A stretch of DNA of 64,000 nucleotides from Candidatus Buchananbacteria bacterium (GTDB taxonomy: Bacteria > Patescibacteriota > Patescibacteriia > Buchananbacterales > UBA6539): NCBI GenBank assembly GCA_013359225.1, contig JABWCG010000001.1, positions 6,410 to 70,409 on the forward strand, written 5' to 3'. A model generated the notes under the pieces. The model saw only the letters and a list, made by a program, of their open reading frames with translations. It was not told the origin of the DNA and ran no database searches. The translations under genes were made by a program, and so were the position numbers. Of this stretch, positions 1 to 9,762 are shown piece by piece (the stretch's first letter is position 1; each line of letters begins with the position of its first letter).

Positions 1-15
1 GCAAGGAGACTGAGT

Positions 16-756
16 ATGGGATTGCCGACATTTTTGTCCAAAGTTGGTTTGCCTTCTACCGAGGCAGAAACGGTCGCGTTGTTGCGCTGCGACGAGGTCA
101 GCGAAGTGCGCTGTTTCGTTTTGGGGCCGCGCAAAATCAGCAACATTCCGCAAGCCTGTGAATTGTGGTTGCGCCAAAACGGCCTTGAAGATAAAGCGCA
201 ATTGGTGATTGGGGAGCGTCCCGACCACTATCTGCTCGAGGCTCAAGCGGTTCATGAACCAGGCGTCGTGCCGGTGTTTTGGACCTGTGCGGTCTACGGC
301 AAGGAGAAGGAACTCTTCTTCGGCGATGCCGTCAACACCCACATGTTCTTGTTTTCACAGGTGATGCCGCTGGATCACATGCAGCTTGCCTGCCTGCCAG
401 GAAAGCTGACTTTGGAAGCTGTTCGTACAATTTGTGATCTTGAACTGCTTCCGGGCCACTGGAAACGCTTGGCGTCGCATCCGTCGCCCAAACCGCTCTT
501 GAACGGCTTGCTGGATCATAATCCGCAGACGACGTGGGTTGAAGCCAACTCCAATGGTTTTGCCGCTGAAATGGTCAAGTCGGGTCAGGCTGATGCTTGC
601 ATCACGACCGAAACTGCACGTCTGGAACAGGGTCTGGAACGCCTCCACGATTTTGGGACGCCGGACATGGTGTTTTTCGGCGGCGTCACCAAGCATGGTG
701 TTGAGCTTCTCAAGCGCGTTCACGAGTCGTTGTCGCTGGCAACAATTGGTTTTTGA
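16..756 (+). CDS. BacA/AerD-like prephenate decarboxylase (prephenate dehydratase-fold protein)
   Basis: SD AGGAG at 5-9. Motifs LGP, ASHPSPKPLL and ANSNGFAAEMVKSGQADACITTETAR resemble B. subtilis BacA (SHPSPINLI...VNSTSQAARKVKEGLYDIALTNELAR, recalled from memory). Lacks the ENS and TRF motifs of PheA. Confidence 0.6.
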   Translation: MGLPTFLSKVGLPSTEAETVALLRCDEVSEVRCFVLGPRKISNIPQACELWLRQNGLEDKAQLVIGERPDHYLLEAQAVHEPGVVPVFWTCAVYGKEKELFFGDAVNTHMFLFSQVMPLDHMQLACLPGKLTLEAVRTICDLELLPGHWKRLASHPSPKPLLNGLLDHNPQTTWVEANSNGFAAEMVKSGQADACITTETARLEQGLERLHDFGTPDMVFFGGVTKHGVELLKRVHESLSLATIGF

Positions 757-786
757 CGAACAACAGTTCGAGACAAAAAGGAATCT

Positions 787-2313
787 ATGATTAATGCAAT
801 CATCGGAGCGTCGGGAGACATGGGAAAAAATCTTCTGACACCTCTACTCAAAAATTTAGGAGAAGTTCGCACGGTTAGCCGTGACGCTTCAACCCAGGAA
901 TGGGATCAGGTTTGGCAGGCCGATGTCATTTGGCTTGCGATACCTCGCGATGAGATCTCCAAAGTTTTGAGTGGCATTACGCTCCGACCTGATCAGCTGG
1001 TCATAGATATCTGTAGCATTAAGCGGCGTCTGGCTGAGACAGTTAAACAGACTGGCGCCGCTTCTCTTTCTTTACATCCTTTAAACGGTCCGCGTGTGCC
1101 GCTCAATGGTCAGAAATGGGTGATGATTAATGCGGATGAAGTATTATCCGTTAATGGCAACGCTCAAAAAATTATTCATTATCTAAAAGAGCAGGGTATT
1201 AGCTTTTTGCCGGCAAATTCTGAAGATGAGCACGATTTCATGATCGGTGTTGTCCTATCAATGCCGGAATTATTAACCATCGTCATTGATGCTTTGATCA
1301 GTCAGTATGCTAAAGATTGTCATCAACCAACACCGGATATGGCAAAACTGATGGAATGGGCAGTGCCGGCTTCAAACGCCTTGTTCAGTTCGTATGTTCA
1401 CTCAATCAATAGTTCGGCGGAATGGCTGCGGACTGATTTGATTACTAACGCTCACGGTGACTTGGCCGCTAGTGCCGCTGCCGCATTTGAAAAATTAAAT
1501 CATCTAACAAACCAACAGGTTGAAGAAAAAATTAAACACCAGCATGAAGTAGTGGCTCGGTTGCCGAAACTGGAACGCCAACGCATCCGACAGTGGATTG
1601 AGCGCTGGTTTGTTGATTCAACCCAAAAGGTTTTTTCTTTTCATAAAAATATTCCGATGAAACCAAAACTTAATATTCAATATCTTGACTCTGACAAGTC
1701 AAAAATCTTTCCCGTCAATCAGTCCGGCCGCGTCACGGTTGGTATTCATGGCATTGCCGGCTGCTTCACTCACGAGTCGGCTCTGCGGTTAGCTGAGGAG
1801 TTGGGGATTAATCCGGCAAAATTAGATTTGAAATTTTTAGTCGAAGCCCAGCGGGTTATTGCGGCTGTGGTGAACGGTGAAACCGACCGAGGGGTGTTCG
1901 CAATGGCCAACTCCGGATCCGGCGCGTATGTTTCAAGTATGCATGCAATGGGCAGTAACCAGTTTGATGTTCTGGCAATTTATGGCATGGAAATTCTGCA
2001 ATGTTTAATTACTGACCCGTCAATCAAAGATGTTAGTGAAATTAAAGAAGTGTTTGGCCATCCGCAGGCAGTCAGCCAGTGTAAGCGCACCTTCGCCGAG
2101 AAATATCCCGACATCAAGCTGACCGAAGGCAAAGACAGCGATGATACGGCGCTCTGCGTCAAGATGATTGCTGAGCATCAGTTACCGCCAACAACAGCGA
2201 CACTTGCTTCTCAGGAAGCGGCCCGTATTTATCAGCTGCCAATTATTGAATATGGTATGCACCATGATCCGTTCAACACAACGACATTCTTGGTAATCAA
2301 GAAAAAAGAATAG
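787..2313 (+). CDS. Prephenate dehydrogenase (TyrA-like) - prephenate dehydratase (PheA-like) fusion, no ACT domain
   Basis: N-half: IIGASGDMG Rossmann, DICSIK, HPLNGP, EHD motifs. C-half: GIAGCFT, ANSGSG, HPQAVSQC, NTTTFLVI. Confidence 0.8.
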   Translation: MINAIIGASGDMGKNLLTPLLKNLGEVRTVSRDASTQEWDQVWQADVIWLAIPRDEISKVLSGITLRPDQLVIDICSIKRRLAETVKQTGAASLSLHPLNGPRVPLNGQKWVMINADEVLSVNGNAQKIIHYLKEQGISFLPANSEDEHDFMIGVVLSMPELLTIVIDALISQYAKDCHQPTPDMAKLMEWAVPASNALFSSYVHSINSSAEWLRTDLITNAHGDLAASAAAAFEKLNHLTNQQVEEKIKHQHEVVARLPKLERQRIRQWIERWFVDSTQKVFSFHKNIPMKPKLNIQYLDSDKSKIFPVNQSGRVTVGIHGIAGCFTHESALRLAEELGINPAKLDLKFLVEAQRVIAAVVNGETDRGVFAMANSGSGAYVSSMHAMGSNQFDVLAIYGMEILQCLITDPSIKDVSEIKEVFGHPQAVSQCKRTFAEKYPDIKLTEGKDSDDTALCVKMIAEHQLPPTTATLASQEAARIYQLPIIEYGMHHDPFNTTTFLVIKKKE

Positions 2314-2336
2314 CCGCGACAAGGAGGGCTTGTTTC

Positions 2337-2528
2337 ATGGCAGGAACTTTGTGGATTAATGTTGATTCGGCGTCAGCCGATACTTTGGCCGATGTCGCCA
2401 GAAAGCTTTTTCCCGAATTAGAGATTCGGGTTACCAATCATGGTGACGTCAGTTGGCTGGCGGTAAGGGGCAACGGTCAGGTTGACGATCTTCGCTCTTT
2501 CTTAAAAGGCGTCAAATCAATTCGTTGA
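2337..2528 (+). CDS. Small hypothetical protein
   Basis: SD GGGAGG upstream; co-oriented with the upstream cluster; followed by a hairpin and T-run. Confidence 0.55.
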   Translation: MAGTLWINVDSASADTLADVARKLFPELEIRVTNHGDVSWLAVRGNGQVDDLRSFLKGVKSIR

Positions 2529-2579
2529 TTTGGTTTTTAGGGCATTTTTTCGTTTTTTTGCGGAAAAGTGCTTTTTATT

Positions 2580-2609
2580 TTGACACAGCAAAACTTCTAG
2601 TGATAAAAT
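2580..2609 (+). promoter_or_regulatory. Sigma70-type promoter for the ncRNA
   Basis: TTGACA 2580-2585, 18-nt spacer, extended -10 TGaTAAAAT 2601-2609. Confidence 0.65.
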
Positions 2610-2614
2610 AACAA

Positions 2615-2836
2615 TGAACTTCACTTCTATAGTTGGTAAAAGTTTTGGGACAAACTTCATACGTAGGGCTACAATATCGACTGCAACCTTTGGGTTGATC
2701 AGTCTGAGTGCTCCAAAGCCAAACGCGACAAGCCAAACGTTCAGCTGTCTAGAAATAGATGTCTGCAATAGGGCGGCGAGTCGACACGGCGGGCTTGTTT
2801 CAAGCCAAATCTTTTATCAATTATAAGTGGAGTTCA
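2615..2836 (+). ncRNA. Rod-shaped structured RNA, 6S RNA (ssrS)-like candidate
   Basis: 2615-2626 pairs with 2825-2836 and 2629-2642 pairs with 2811-2824, including G-U pairs. Further stem, a bubble, and an inner TCGACT/AGTCGA stem. Has its own promoter and terminator. Confidence 0.55.
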
Positions 2837-2841
2837 CTATT

Positions 2842-2869
2842 AAAAACCTGTTTGCAGGTTTGTTTTTTT
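2842..2869 (+). terminator. Intrinsic terminator after the ncRNA
   Basis: AAACCTG-tttg-CAGGTTT followed by a T-run. Confidence 0.6.
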
Positions 2870-2895
2870 AGGGGTAAGATGAAAGCGAACTTTAT

Positions 2896-2972
2896 CGGGC
2901 TGTAGCGCAGTTGGCTAGCGCGTACGCATGGGGTGCGTGAGGTCGCGGGTTCAAGTCCCGCCAGCCCGACCA
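2896..2972 (+). tRNA. tRNA-Pro(GGG)
   Basis: Cloverleaf; anticodon arm TACGC-AT-GGG-GT-GCGTG; GGTTCAAGTCC T-arm; encoded CCA. Confidence 0.97.
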
Positions 2973-2993
2973 AACATAATTAATCAAAAAAAT

Positions 2994-3227
2994 ATGAAAA
3001 ATATCATTTTGACGCAATTTATTGTTTTGCTCGGCGGTACGATTTTTGCCTGGTTTAATTTTTTCCGCGAGTTGGCTAGTTATTTACGTAATGAGGCGTG
3101 CCAAACCGGCTGTGCCGTGGGAGTAGTTAACCCGATTTATACCCCTTGTTTTTATGGTGCCATATTTTTTCTTATGGCGTTGATTTTAAGTTTTATCATT
3201 TTGACTGCTTCAGCCAGGAAAGGATAA
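2994..3227 (+). CDS. Small two-TM membrane protein with three Cys (CxxxC...C)
   Basis: ATG at 2994, downstream of the tRNA; two hydrophobic segments. The ORF-track start at 2928 overlaps the tRNA. Confidence 0.7.
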   Translation: MKNIILTQFIVLLGGTIFAWFNFFRELASYLRNEACQTGCAVGVVNPIYTPCFYGAIFFLMALILSFIILTASARKG

Positions 3228-3234
3228 AAAACGT

Positions 3235-3837
3235 ATGTCTAAATTTCCGTACCCGGAAAATCCGGCGCCAACCGATGCCCAGCTGCTTTCGGCGATCAAG
3301 CGTCGTTGGAGTCCGTTGGCGTTTTCGTCTGAGCCAATTGAAGCCGAAAAAATTACGGCATTGTTTGAGGCGATGCGCTGGACCCAGTCATCCCGCAATG
3401 AACAGCCGTGGCGAATTATTTACGCCACTAAAGATGATGGCGAGATTTTTGACCAGCTGGCTTCGTTGTTAACACAAGATAATGGCTACCTCAAAGACGC
3501 GTATATGTTGATGCTGGTTTGTGCGGTTCAAAATTTCGCCTATAAAAATTTGCCGAACCGAATGCATCAGTATGATACTGGTGCCGCCGCGCACGCCCTG
3601 TTTTTGCAAGCTGTTGACATGGGGTTAGTTGCTCATGAGGTGGGTGGTTTTGATAAAGAAAAACCCTATGAGTTGTTTAAGATACCAAAAGAGGTGTCGT
3701 TATTGGTGATGATGGGTGTTGGGTATCCGGGTGATGAAAGTAAGGTGGATCCGGCATTACTCAAAAAACGCTATGAAAATTCCCGAGTTCGTCGCAGCGT
3801 AACCGATTTTGCCTTTCGGGGCAAATGGTTAGCATAA
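3235..3837 (+). CDS. Nitroreductase family protein
   Basis: RRWSPLAF, SSRNEQPW, YDTGAA and GGFD motifs. Confidence 0.9.
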   Translation: MSKFPYPENPAPTDAQLLSAIKRRWSPLAFSSEPIEAEKITALFEAMRWTQSSRNEQPWRIIYATKDDGEIFDQLASLLTQDNGYLKDAYMLMLVCAVQNFAYKNLPNRMHQYDTGAAAHALFLQAVDMGLVAHEVGGFDKEKPYELFKIPKEVSLLVMMGVGYPGDESKVDPALLKKRYENSRVRRSVTDFAFRGKWLA

Positions 3838-3889
3838 ATTTTTCCAAATAAAAAACTAAGTAGTGCCACCACTAAGTTAGGGGAGGTGA

Positions 3890-4066
3890 CTACTTAGTTT
3901 TTTGTTTTGCTAGAGTTTTGATACAGCGAGTGCAAATCAAACGTCGGACAGCGCCAATTTTTCGGCTCTGCAAATTGAGCTTTTGGCGGCGGATAGTTTT
4001 GATATTGGAATGGCTGACGTTGTTGCCTTTCAGGGGTTCTCGCTTGCACAAGTAACACATTGCCAT
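3890..4066 (-). CDS. rpmB: 50S ribosomal protein bL28
   Basis: CxxC, GNNVSHSNIKTIRR and CTRC; ATG at 4066. Confidence 0.93.
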   Translation of the reverse strand: MAMCYLCKREPLKGNNVSHSNIKTIRRQKLNLQSRKIGAVRRLICTRCIKTLAKQKTK

Positions 4067-4151
4067 ACAAAAAAATAACTTAATAATCAATGAAAGCAGT
4101 ATAGCAAAATAGGTTTAAAAAATCAAGCCTCTGTGGTATGATAGTAAAACT

Positions 4152-4802
4152 ATGGAACCGTTAATTTTCATTATTTTTATTGTCACCTTTATTGGCAGCG
4201 TTATTTTGCACGAGATTGCCCATGGTTTCGTGGCCTATAAATTTGGCGATGATACGGCTAAAATTTCTGGTCGATTATCGCTTAATCCAATTGTTCATAT
4301 TGACCCGGTTGGTTCAATTTTAGTGCCGTTAATGTTGTATGTTTCCAGTGCCGGTTTTCTGTTTGGTTGGGCTAAACCTGTGCCGGTTAACCCGCTGCGA
4401 CTCAATAACCAGCCTTTATCTTACCGACTGGTTTCAGCGGCTGGGGTTGTCACTAATTTAGTCTTAGCTATTGTTTCGGCAATCGTCATTAAGATTACCA
4501 CCCAGTATTTGGGCATTGGTTTCAATAATGTAGGAGTGATATTTTTTAGCTCAATGATGCAAATTAATATCGTTTTGGCGATTTTTAATATGTTGCCGTT
4601 GCCGGGGTTTGACGGCTGGAATTTCTTGGGAACTTTTCGTCCGATTGCTATTTTGATGAACCAAACGCCGTTGGCCAACCCGATTTTTATGGCTCAGTAC
4701 GGTTTGGTGATTTCTATTGCACTTTTGTTTATTTTGATGCCTGTTATCAGTTTATTATTTAACTATATTTTTGGCTTATTTATAACAATTTTTGGCTTAT
4801 AA
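4152..4802 (+). CDS. Site-2 protease (M50) membrane metalloprotease
   Basis: HEIAH, GWAKPVPVNP, FNMLPLPGFDG. Confidence 0.92.
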   Translation: MEPLIFIIFIVTFIGSVILHEIAHGFVAYKFGDDTAKISGRLSLNPIVHIDPVGSILVPLMLYVSSAGFLFGWAKPVPVNPLRLNNQPLSYRLVSAAGVVTNLVLAIVSAIVIKITTQYLGIGFNNVGVIFFSSMMQINIVLAIFNMLPLPGFDGWNFLGTFRPIAILMNQTPLANPIFMAQYGLVISIALLFILMPVISLLFNYIFGLFITIFGL

Positions 4803-4811
4803 CCAAAAGTA

Positions 4812-4840
4812 TTGACTTATTGAATATTTTTCGTTAATAT
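4812..4840 (+). promoter_or_regulatory. Promoter of the str operon
   Basis: TTGACT-17-TAATAT upstream of rpsL. Confidence 0.55.
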
Positions 4841-4902
4841 ATCTCGTGTACAAGCTCAAACTGCCTTATAGGCAGGTTTTTAAGACTTCTAAAAGGTAAA
4901 AA

Positions 4903-5331
4903 ATGCCTACAATTAGCCAATTAATCAGAAAAAAGCGAAAGAGTAAAGCCAAAAAGAGTAAGACTCCTGGTCTTCGTGTTGTTTCAAACACTTTGCGCCG
5001 AACTAAAAAAGACATGCCAAAAGGCTCAGCCTTTAAGCGTGGCGTTTGTTTGAAAGTGACAACCATGACCCCTAAAAAACCTAACTCAGCGTTGCGCAAA
5101 ATCGCCAGGGTTCGGCTTTCAAATGGTATGGAAGTCACTGCGTATATTCCGGGTGAAGGCCATAATTTGCAGGAACACTCAGTAGTTTTGTTGCGCGGCG
5201 GTCGTGTGAAAGATTTGCCTGGTGTTCGCTATCATATTGTTCGCGGCGTGTATGACACTGCCGGCGTTCAGGGCCGACAGCAGGGTCGCAGTCTTTATGG
5301 TGCTAAAAAATCCGCTCCCGCCAGCAAATAA
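4903..5331 (+). CDS. rpsL: 30S ribosomal protein uS12
   Basis: [10 protein letters not shown] and [12 protein letters not shown]. Confidence 0.99.
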   Translation: MPTISQLIRKKRKSKAKKSKTPGLRVVSNTLRRTKKDMPKGSAFKRGVCLKVTTMTPKKPNSALRKIARVRLSNGMEVTAYIPGEGHNLQEHSVVLLRGGRVKDLPGVRYHIVRGVYDTAGVQGRQQGRSLYGAKKSAPASK

Positions 5332-5349
5332 GGCGTAACTATTGAAATT

Positions 5350-5814
5350 ATGCGAGGAAAAACTCCTAAACGAAATATTGAACCAGATCCAAAGTATAAC
5401 AGTATTATTATTGCCCGATTTATTAATCACATCATGCGGCGCGGTAAAAAATCAACCGCACGCCGGGTGGTTTATGATTGTCTTGAAATAATCAAAGAAA
5501 AGACCAAGAAAGATCCGCTTGAAATTTTTGACGGTGCATTAAGAAATGTTGGACCGGAAGTTGAAGTTAAATCAAAACGTATTGGTGGCGGAAACTACCA
5601 GATTCCGGTTGCCGTTGTTGGTGAACGCCGAACAGCGCTGGCTTTCCGTTGGATTACTGCGGCCGCCAAGGCTCGCAAGGGTGCGCCGATGGGTGAAAAG
5701 TTAGCTGATGAAATGATTGCGGCGTTTAATCGTGAAGGTGCTGCTATTAAAAAACGTCAGGATACTTACAAAATGGCCGAAGCCAACCGGGCTTTTGCTC
5801 ATTTTGCCAGATAA
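5350..5814 (+). CDS. rpsG: 30S ribosomal protein uS7
   Basis: PDPKY and MAEANRAFAHF; operon position. Confidence 0.99.
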   Translation: MRGKTPKRNIEPDPKYNSIIIARFINHIMRRGKKSTARRVVYDCLEIIKEKTKKDPLEIFDGALRNVGPEVEVKSKRIGGGNYQIPVAVVGERRTALAFRWITAAAKARKGAPMGEKLADEMIAAFNREGAAIKKRQDTYKMAEANRAFAHFAR

Positions 5815-5836
5815 TTTTAAAAATTAACCAACACTA

Positions 5837-7936
5837 ATGCCCCGAGAATATCCTCTAGATAAAACCAGAAATATTGGAATTATCGCTCATATCGACGCCG
5901 GTAAGACCACGGTCTCCGAGCGTATTTTGTTTTATACCGGTCGTAAGCATAAGATCGGCGAAGTTCACGAAGGTGCTGCCGAAATGGACTGGATGGAACA
6001 AGAGCGGGAGCGGGGAATCACTATTACTTCAGCCGCCACTACTTGTTTTTGGGCTCCGCGTGGCGAAGAAGATAAAAAATGTCGCATTAACTTGATTGAC
6101 ACCCCAGGCCACATTGACTTTACGGCCGAAGTGCAGCGATCGCTACGCGTGCTTGACGGTGGCGTTATGGTATTTGACGGTGTTGCCGGTGTTGAACCGC
6201 AATCAGAAACTGTTTACCATCAAGCGGAAAAATTTAAAGTGCCGTTGATGGGTTTCATTAATAAGATGGACCGCACCGGTGCTGATTTTTATGCCGACCT
6301 AGACAGTATCCGCGAGCGCTTGACTAAAAACGCTTTTCCGATTCAGTTGCCGATTGGCGCTGAAAGTAATTTCCAGGGCGTGATTGATTTGCTTACCATG
6401 AAAGCGTATGTCTATAAAGATGATTTGGGCCAGCAGATTGACGAAACGGACATTCCGGCTGACATGAAAGAAAAGTCCGAGAAATTCCGCGGCGAATTGG
6501 TTGAAGCCATTGCTTCGCATGATGAAAATTTGATGAATAAGTATTTGAATGGTGAAGAAATTTCCGTTGAAGAATTAAAGCCAGTGTTGCGCAAAGCGAC
6601 GATTGACAGTGCGATCATGCCGGTTTTGGTTGGTTCAGCCTTGAAAAATAAAGGTGTTCAGCGTTTGCTTGACGCGGTTTGTGACTACTTGCCAAGCCCG
6701 CTTGATATTCCGCCGCTCAAGGGTTTTGATCCAAAGCATCCGGAAACTGAAATTATTAAAAAGCCGGATGACGCTGAGCCGTTTGCTGCTTTAGCTTTTA
6801 AAATTGCCGTTGACCCATTTGTCGGAAAACTTTGTTTCTTCCGTGTTTACTCTGGCACGATTTCGGCCGGGTCATATGTGTATAATTCAACTTCAAACAA
6901 ACGAGAACGCATCGGTCGTATTGTCCGAATGCACGCCAATACTCGCGAAGAGGTAAAAGACGTGTATGCCGGTGAAATCGCCGCTGCCGTTGGTTTGAAG
7001 GACACTTTTACCGGACACACTTTGTGTGACGAAAATAATCCGGTGGTTTTGGAATCAATTGAATTTCCTGATCCGGTTATCCGGGTTGCGGTTGAACCAA
7101 AAACCAAGGCTGACCAGGAAAAAATGGGTATTGCGTTGCAGAAGTTAGCTGAAGAAGACCCGACATTCCAGGTCCACGGTGATGAAGAAACGATGCAGAC
7201 GATTATTGCCGGTATGGGTGAATTGCATCTTGAAGTTATTGTTGACCGTATGAAGCGCGAATTTAAGGTGGAAGCAAACGTCGGTAAGCCGCAAGTTGCT
7301 TATAAAGAAACCATTAAATCGGAAGCTGAAGCTGAGGGAAAATACATTCGTCAGTCAGGCGGCCGCGGACAGTTCGGACATTGCTGGGTTAAAGTTGAAC
7401 CACGAAATCGCGGCGAGGGCTTTGAATTTGTTGATGAAATCAAAGGTGGAGTTATTCCTAAAGAATATATTCCGGCTATTCAAAAAGGTATTCGTGAAGC
7501 GATGGATAAAGGTGTTGTTGCCGGCTATCCGTTGATTGATATTAGGGCAACTGTGTATGATGGAAGTTTCCACGAAGTTGACTCATCGGAAGCGGCTTTC
7601 AAAATCGCCGGATCTATGGCGTTTCAGGATGCGGCTAAGCGCGCTAACCCGATTTTGCTTGAACCGATTATGAAAGTGGAAGTCATTACCCCTGAACAGT
7701 ATATGGGAGATGTTATCGGTAACATTAACTCCAAGCGCGGACAGATTGAAGAAATGCGCGAACGCGGACAGTCTAAAGTGATTGACGCTAAAATTCCGTT
7801 GGCCGAAATGTTTGGTTATGCGACGGAACTGCGATCAATGACTCAGGGCCGTGCATCATACAGTATGGAGTTTAATGATTATGCGGAAGTACCCCGCAAT
7901 GTTGCTGAAACAATCAAGGGTGAACGCGGTAAATAA
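5837..7936 (+). CDS. fusA: Elongation factor G
   Basis: [25 protein letters not shown]. Confidence 0.99.
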   Translation: MPREYPLDKTRNIGIIAHIDAGKTTVSERILFYTGRKHKIGEVHEGAAEMDWMEQERERGITITSAATTCFWAPRGEEDKKCRINLIDTPGHIDFTAEVQRSLRVLDGGVMVFDGVAGVEPQSETVYHQAEKFKVPLMGFINKMDRTGADFYADLDSIRERLTKNAFPIQLPIGAESNFQGVIDLLTMKAYVYKDDLGQQIDETDIPADMKEKSEKFRGELVEAIASHDENLMNKYLNGEEISVEELKPVLRKATIDSAIMPVLVGSALKNKGVQRLLDAVCDYLPSPLDIPPLKGFDPKHPETEIIKKPDDAEPFAALAFKIAVDPFVGKLCFFRVYSGTISAGSYVYNSTSNKRERIGRIVRMHANTREEVKDVYAGEIAAAVGLKDTFTGHTLCDENNPVVLESIEFPDPVIRVAVEPKTKADQEKMGIALQKLAEEDPTFQVHGDEETMQTIIAGMGELHLEVIVDRMKREFKVEANVGKPQVAYKETIKSEAEAEGKYIRQSGGRGQFGHCWVKVEPRNRGEGFEFVDEIKGGVIPKEYIPAIQKGIREAMDKGVVAGYPLIDIRATVYDGSFHEVDSSEAAFKIAGSMAFQDAAKRANPILLEPIMKVEVITPEQYMGDVIGNINSKRGQIEEMRERGQSKVIDAKIPLAEMFGYATELRSMTQGRASYSMEFNDYAEVPRNVAETIKGERGK

Positions 7937-7975
7937 CGGCCAAGAGGGGTTAGGGTTAAACTAATTAGTTTACTT

Positions 7976-8347
7976 ATGCCAAATTCCTTGCAAAAAATTA
8001 TCGATTTAATCAAGCAGACAGGGGATAATTGCATTGTTTTGGACCACGAAGGCAACCCGGCATATGTCTTAATGACTTTGGCTGACTACCAAAAAATGGT
8101 GATCGGCCGCGCCGAGGTCGCTGGTTTGAGCGAAGAGGAATTAATTGATAAGATTAACCGTGACATTGCTTCATGGAAAGCCAGCTCTCAGCAAGAGGAA
8201 ATTGATAACTGGCAGGCCGTTACTGCAGCAATTGACAGCATTACTACCGTTACCGATAAAAATTTGCTAAACAAAGCCAAAATAAATCAGGAAGCAGATG
8301 CTCAGTCGTCAGATGAAAATAAGTACTATTTTGAGCCGGTTGACTAG
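7976..8347 (+). CDS. Hypothetical protein; N-terminus resembles the Phd/YefM fold
   Basis: Intact ORF between fusA and tuf; TGDNCIVLDHEGNPAYVLMTLADY pattern; acidic tail ending YYFEPVD. Confidence 0.7.
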   Translation: MPNSLQKIIDLIKQTGDNCIVLDHEGNPAYVLMTLADYQKMVIGRAEVAGLSEEELIDKINRDIASWKASSQQEEIDNWQAVTAAIDSITTVTDKNLLNKAKINQEADAQSSDENKYYFEPVD

Positions 8348-8349
8348 TA

Positions 8350-8379
8350 TTGACAATAAGCAATTATTTGTTATATACT
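8350..8379 (+). promoter_or_regulatory. tuf promoter
   Basis: TTGACA 8350-8355; TATACT 8374-8379. Confidence 0.55.
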
Positions 8380-8503
8380 CATAAGTGCTTTGTTTCTTTT
8401 AAAGAAACCTTTTAATTTTAATAATTAAACAATAGCGATCCGCTTTGATTCCTTCGCAAAGCTGGCTGACAAAAGATCGCTTTAAAGAAGGAAAAAATAT
8501 ACT

Positions 8504-9694
8504 ATGGCAGATAAATTTGAACGAAGTAAGCCGCATTTAAACGTCGGTACAATTGGTCACGTTGACCACGGTAAGACCACTTTGACCGCCGCCCTTTTGA
8601 CATACTTAAATGCCAAGGGAATGAAGGCCACTCAGCGATCAGTCGATCAGATCGACAGCGCTCCGGAAGAAAAGGCTCGTGGTATTACTATTGCCACTGC
8701 CCACGTTGAATACGAATCAGACACCAGACACTATGCTCACATTGACTGTCCTGGTCACGCTGACTACGTTAAAAACATGGTTACCGGTGCCGCTCAGATG
8801 GACGGTGCGATTTTGGTTGTTGCCGCTACCGACGGTCCAATGCCTCAGACCCGCGAGCACATTTTGCTTGCTCGTCAGGTTGGCGTACCAGCCATGGTAG
8901 TATTTTTGAATAAAGTTGATCAGGTTAAAGACCCTGAATTAATTGACTTGGTTGAAGAAGAGGTTCGCGATTTGTTGAAGAAATATGAATTCCCTGGCGA
9001 TGAGATCCCAGTGGTTCGCGGTTCAGCTTTGAAAGCTTTGGAAAATCCAACTGATGCTGAAGCTACCAAGTGTCTTGAAGATTTGGTTAAGGCGATTGAC
9101 ACCTATATCCCAGAACCAGTTCGAGACGTTGATAAACCTTTCTTGATGCCGATTGAAGATATCTTCTCAATCGAAGGTCGCGGTACTGTTGCTACCGGTC
9201 GTATTGAACGCGGCGTCTTGAAATTGAACGATGAAGTTGAAATTGTCGGTCTGCGCGACACCCAAAAGACTGTCGTTACCGGCATTGAAATGTTCAACAA
9301 ATCACTGGACGAAGGTCGCGCTGGTGATAACGCTGGTATTTTGCTTCGCGGTACCAAAAAGGATGATATTGAGCGTGGTCAGGTTATGGCCAAGCCTGGT
9401 AGCATCACCCCACATACCGAATACGAAGCTCAGGTATATATCTTGAGCAAAGAAGAAGGCGGACGACACAGTCCTTTCTTCAAGGGGTACAAGCCACAGT
9501 TCTACATTGGAACTGCAGACGTTACCGGTGAAGTAATTTTGCCAGAAGGTACTGAAATGGTTATGCCTGGTGATACCATTAAATTGGTCATCAAGTTGAT
9601 TAAACCGGTTGCTTTGGAAGAAAAACAGCGCTTTGCTATCCGCGAAGGCGGACGAACAATTGGTGCTGGTTCAGTAACTAAGATTATTAAGTAA
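8504..9694 (+). CDS. tuf: Elongation factor Tu
   Basis: [21 protein letters not shown]. Confidence 0.99.
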   Translation: MADKFERSKPHLNVGTIGHVDHGKTTLTAALLTYLNAKGMKATQRSVDQIDSAPEEKARGITIATAHVEYESDTRHYAHIDCPGHADYVKNMVTGAAQMDGAILVVAATDGPMPQTREHILLARQVGVPAMVVFLNKVDQVKDPELIDLVEEEVRDLLKKYEFPGDEIPVVRGSALKALENPTDAEATKCLEDLVKAIDTYIPEPVRDVDKPFLMPIEDIFSIEGRGTVATGRIERGVLKLNDEVEIVGLRDTQKTVVTGIEMFNKSLDEGRAGDNAGILLRGTKKDDIERGQVMAKPGSITPHTEYEAQVYILSKEEGGRHSPFFKGYKPQFYIGTADVTGEVILPEGTEMVMPGDTIKLVIKLIKPVALEEKQRFAIREGGRTIGAGSVTKIIK

Positions 9695-9700
9695 TGTTAT

Positions 9701-9736
9701 AAAGTCCCTGGGGCCTTACACGGCCCCGGGGACTTT
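9701..9736 (+). terminator. 15-bp GC-rich hairpin after tuf (terminator or mRNA stabiliser)
   Basis: AAAGTCCCTGGGGCC-ttacac-GGCCCCGGGGACTTT; only a short T-run follows. Confidence 0.6.
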
Positions 9737-9762
9737 AAATCAAGTTCTTTACTAAAGAAACA

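Noticed and set aside
2614-2826. 70-aa ORF (and antisense 83-aa ORF) over the ncRNA
   Set aside because: No recognisable protein features; extensive G-U-containing end-to-end pairing is better explained by a structured RNA.
2928-2993. ORF-track N-terminal extensions overlapping tRNAs (also ORFs starting at 35500 and 36048)
   Set aside because: They overlap clear tRNA genes. Downstream ATGs (2994, 35575) are the plausible starts, and 36048-36335 is spurious.
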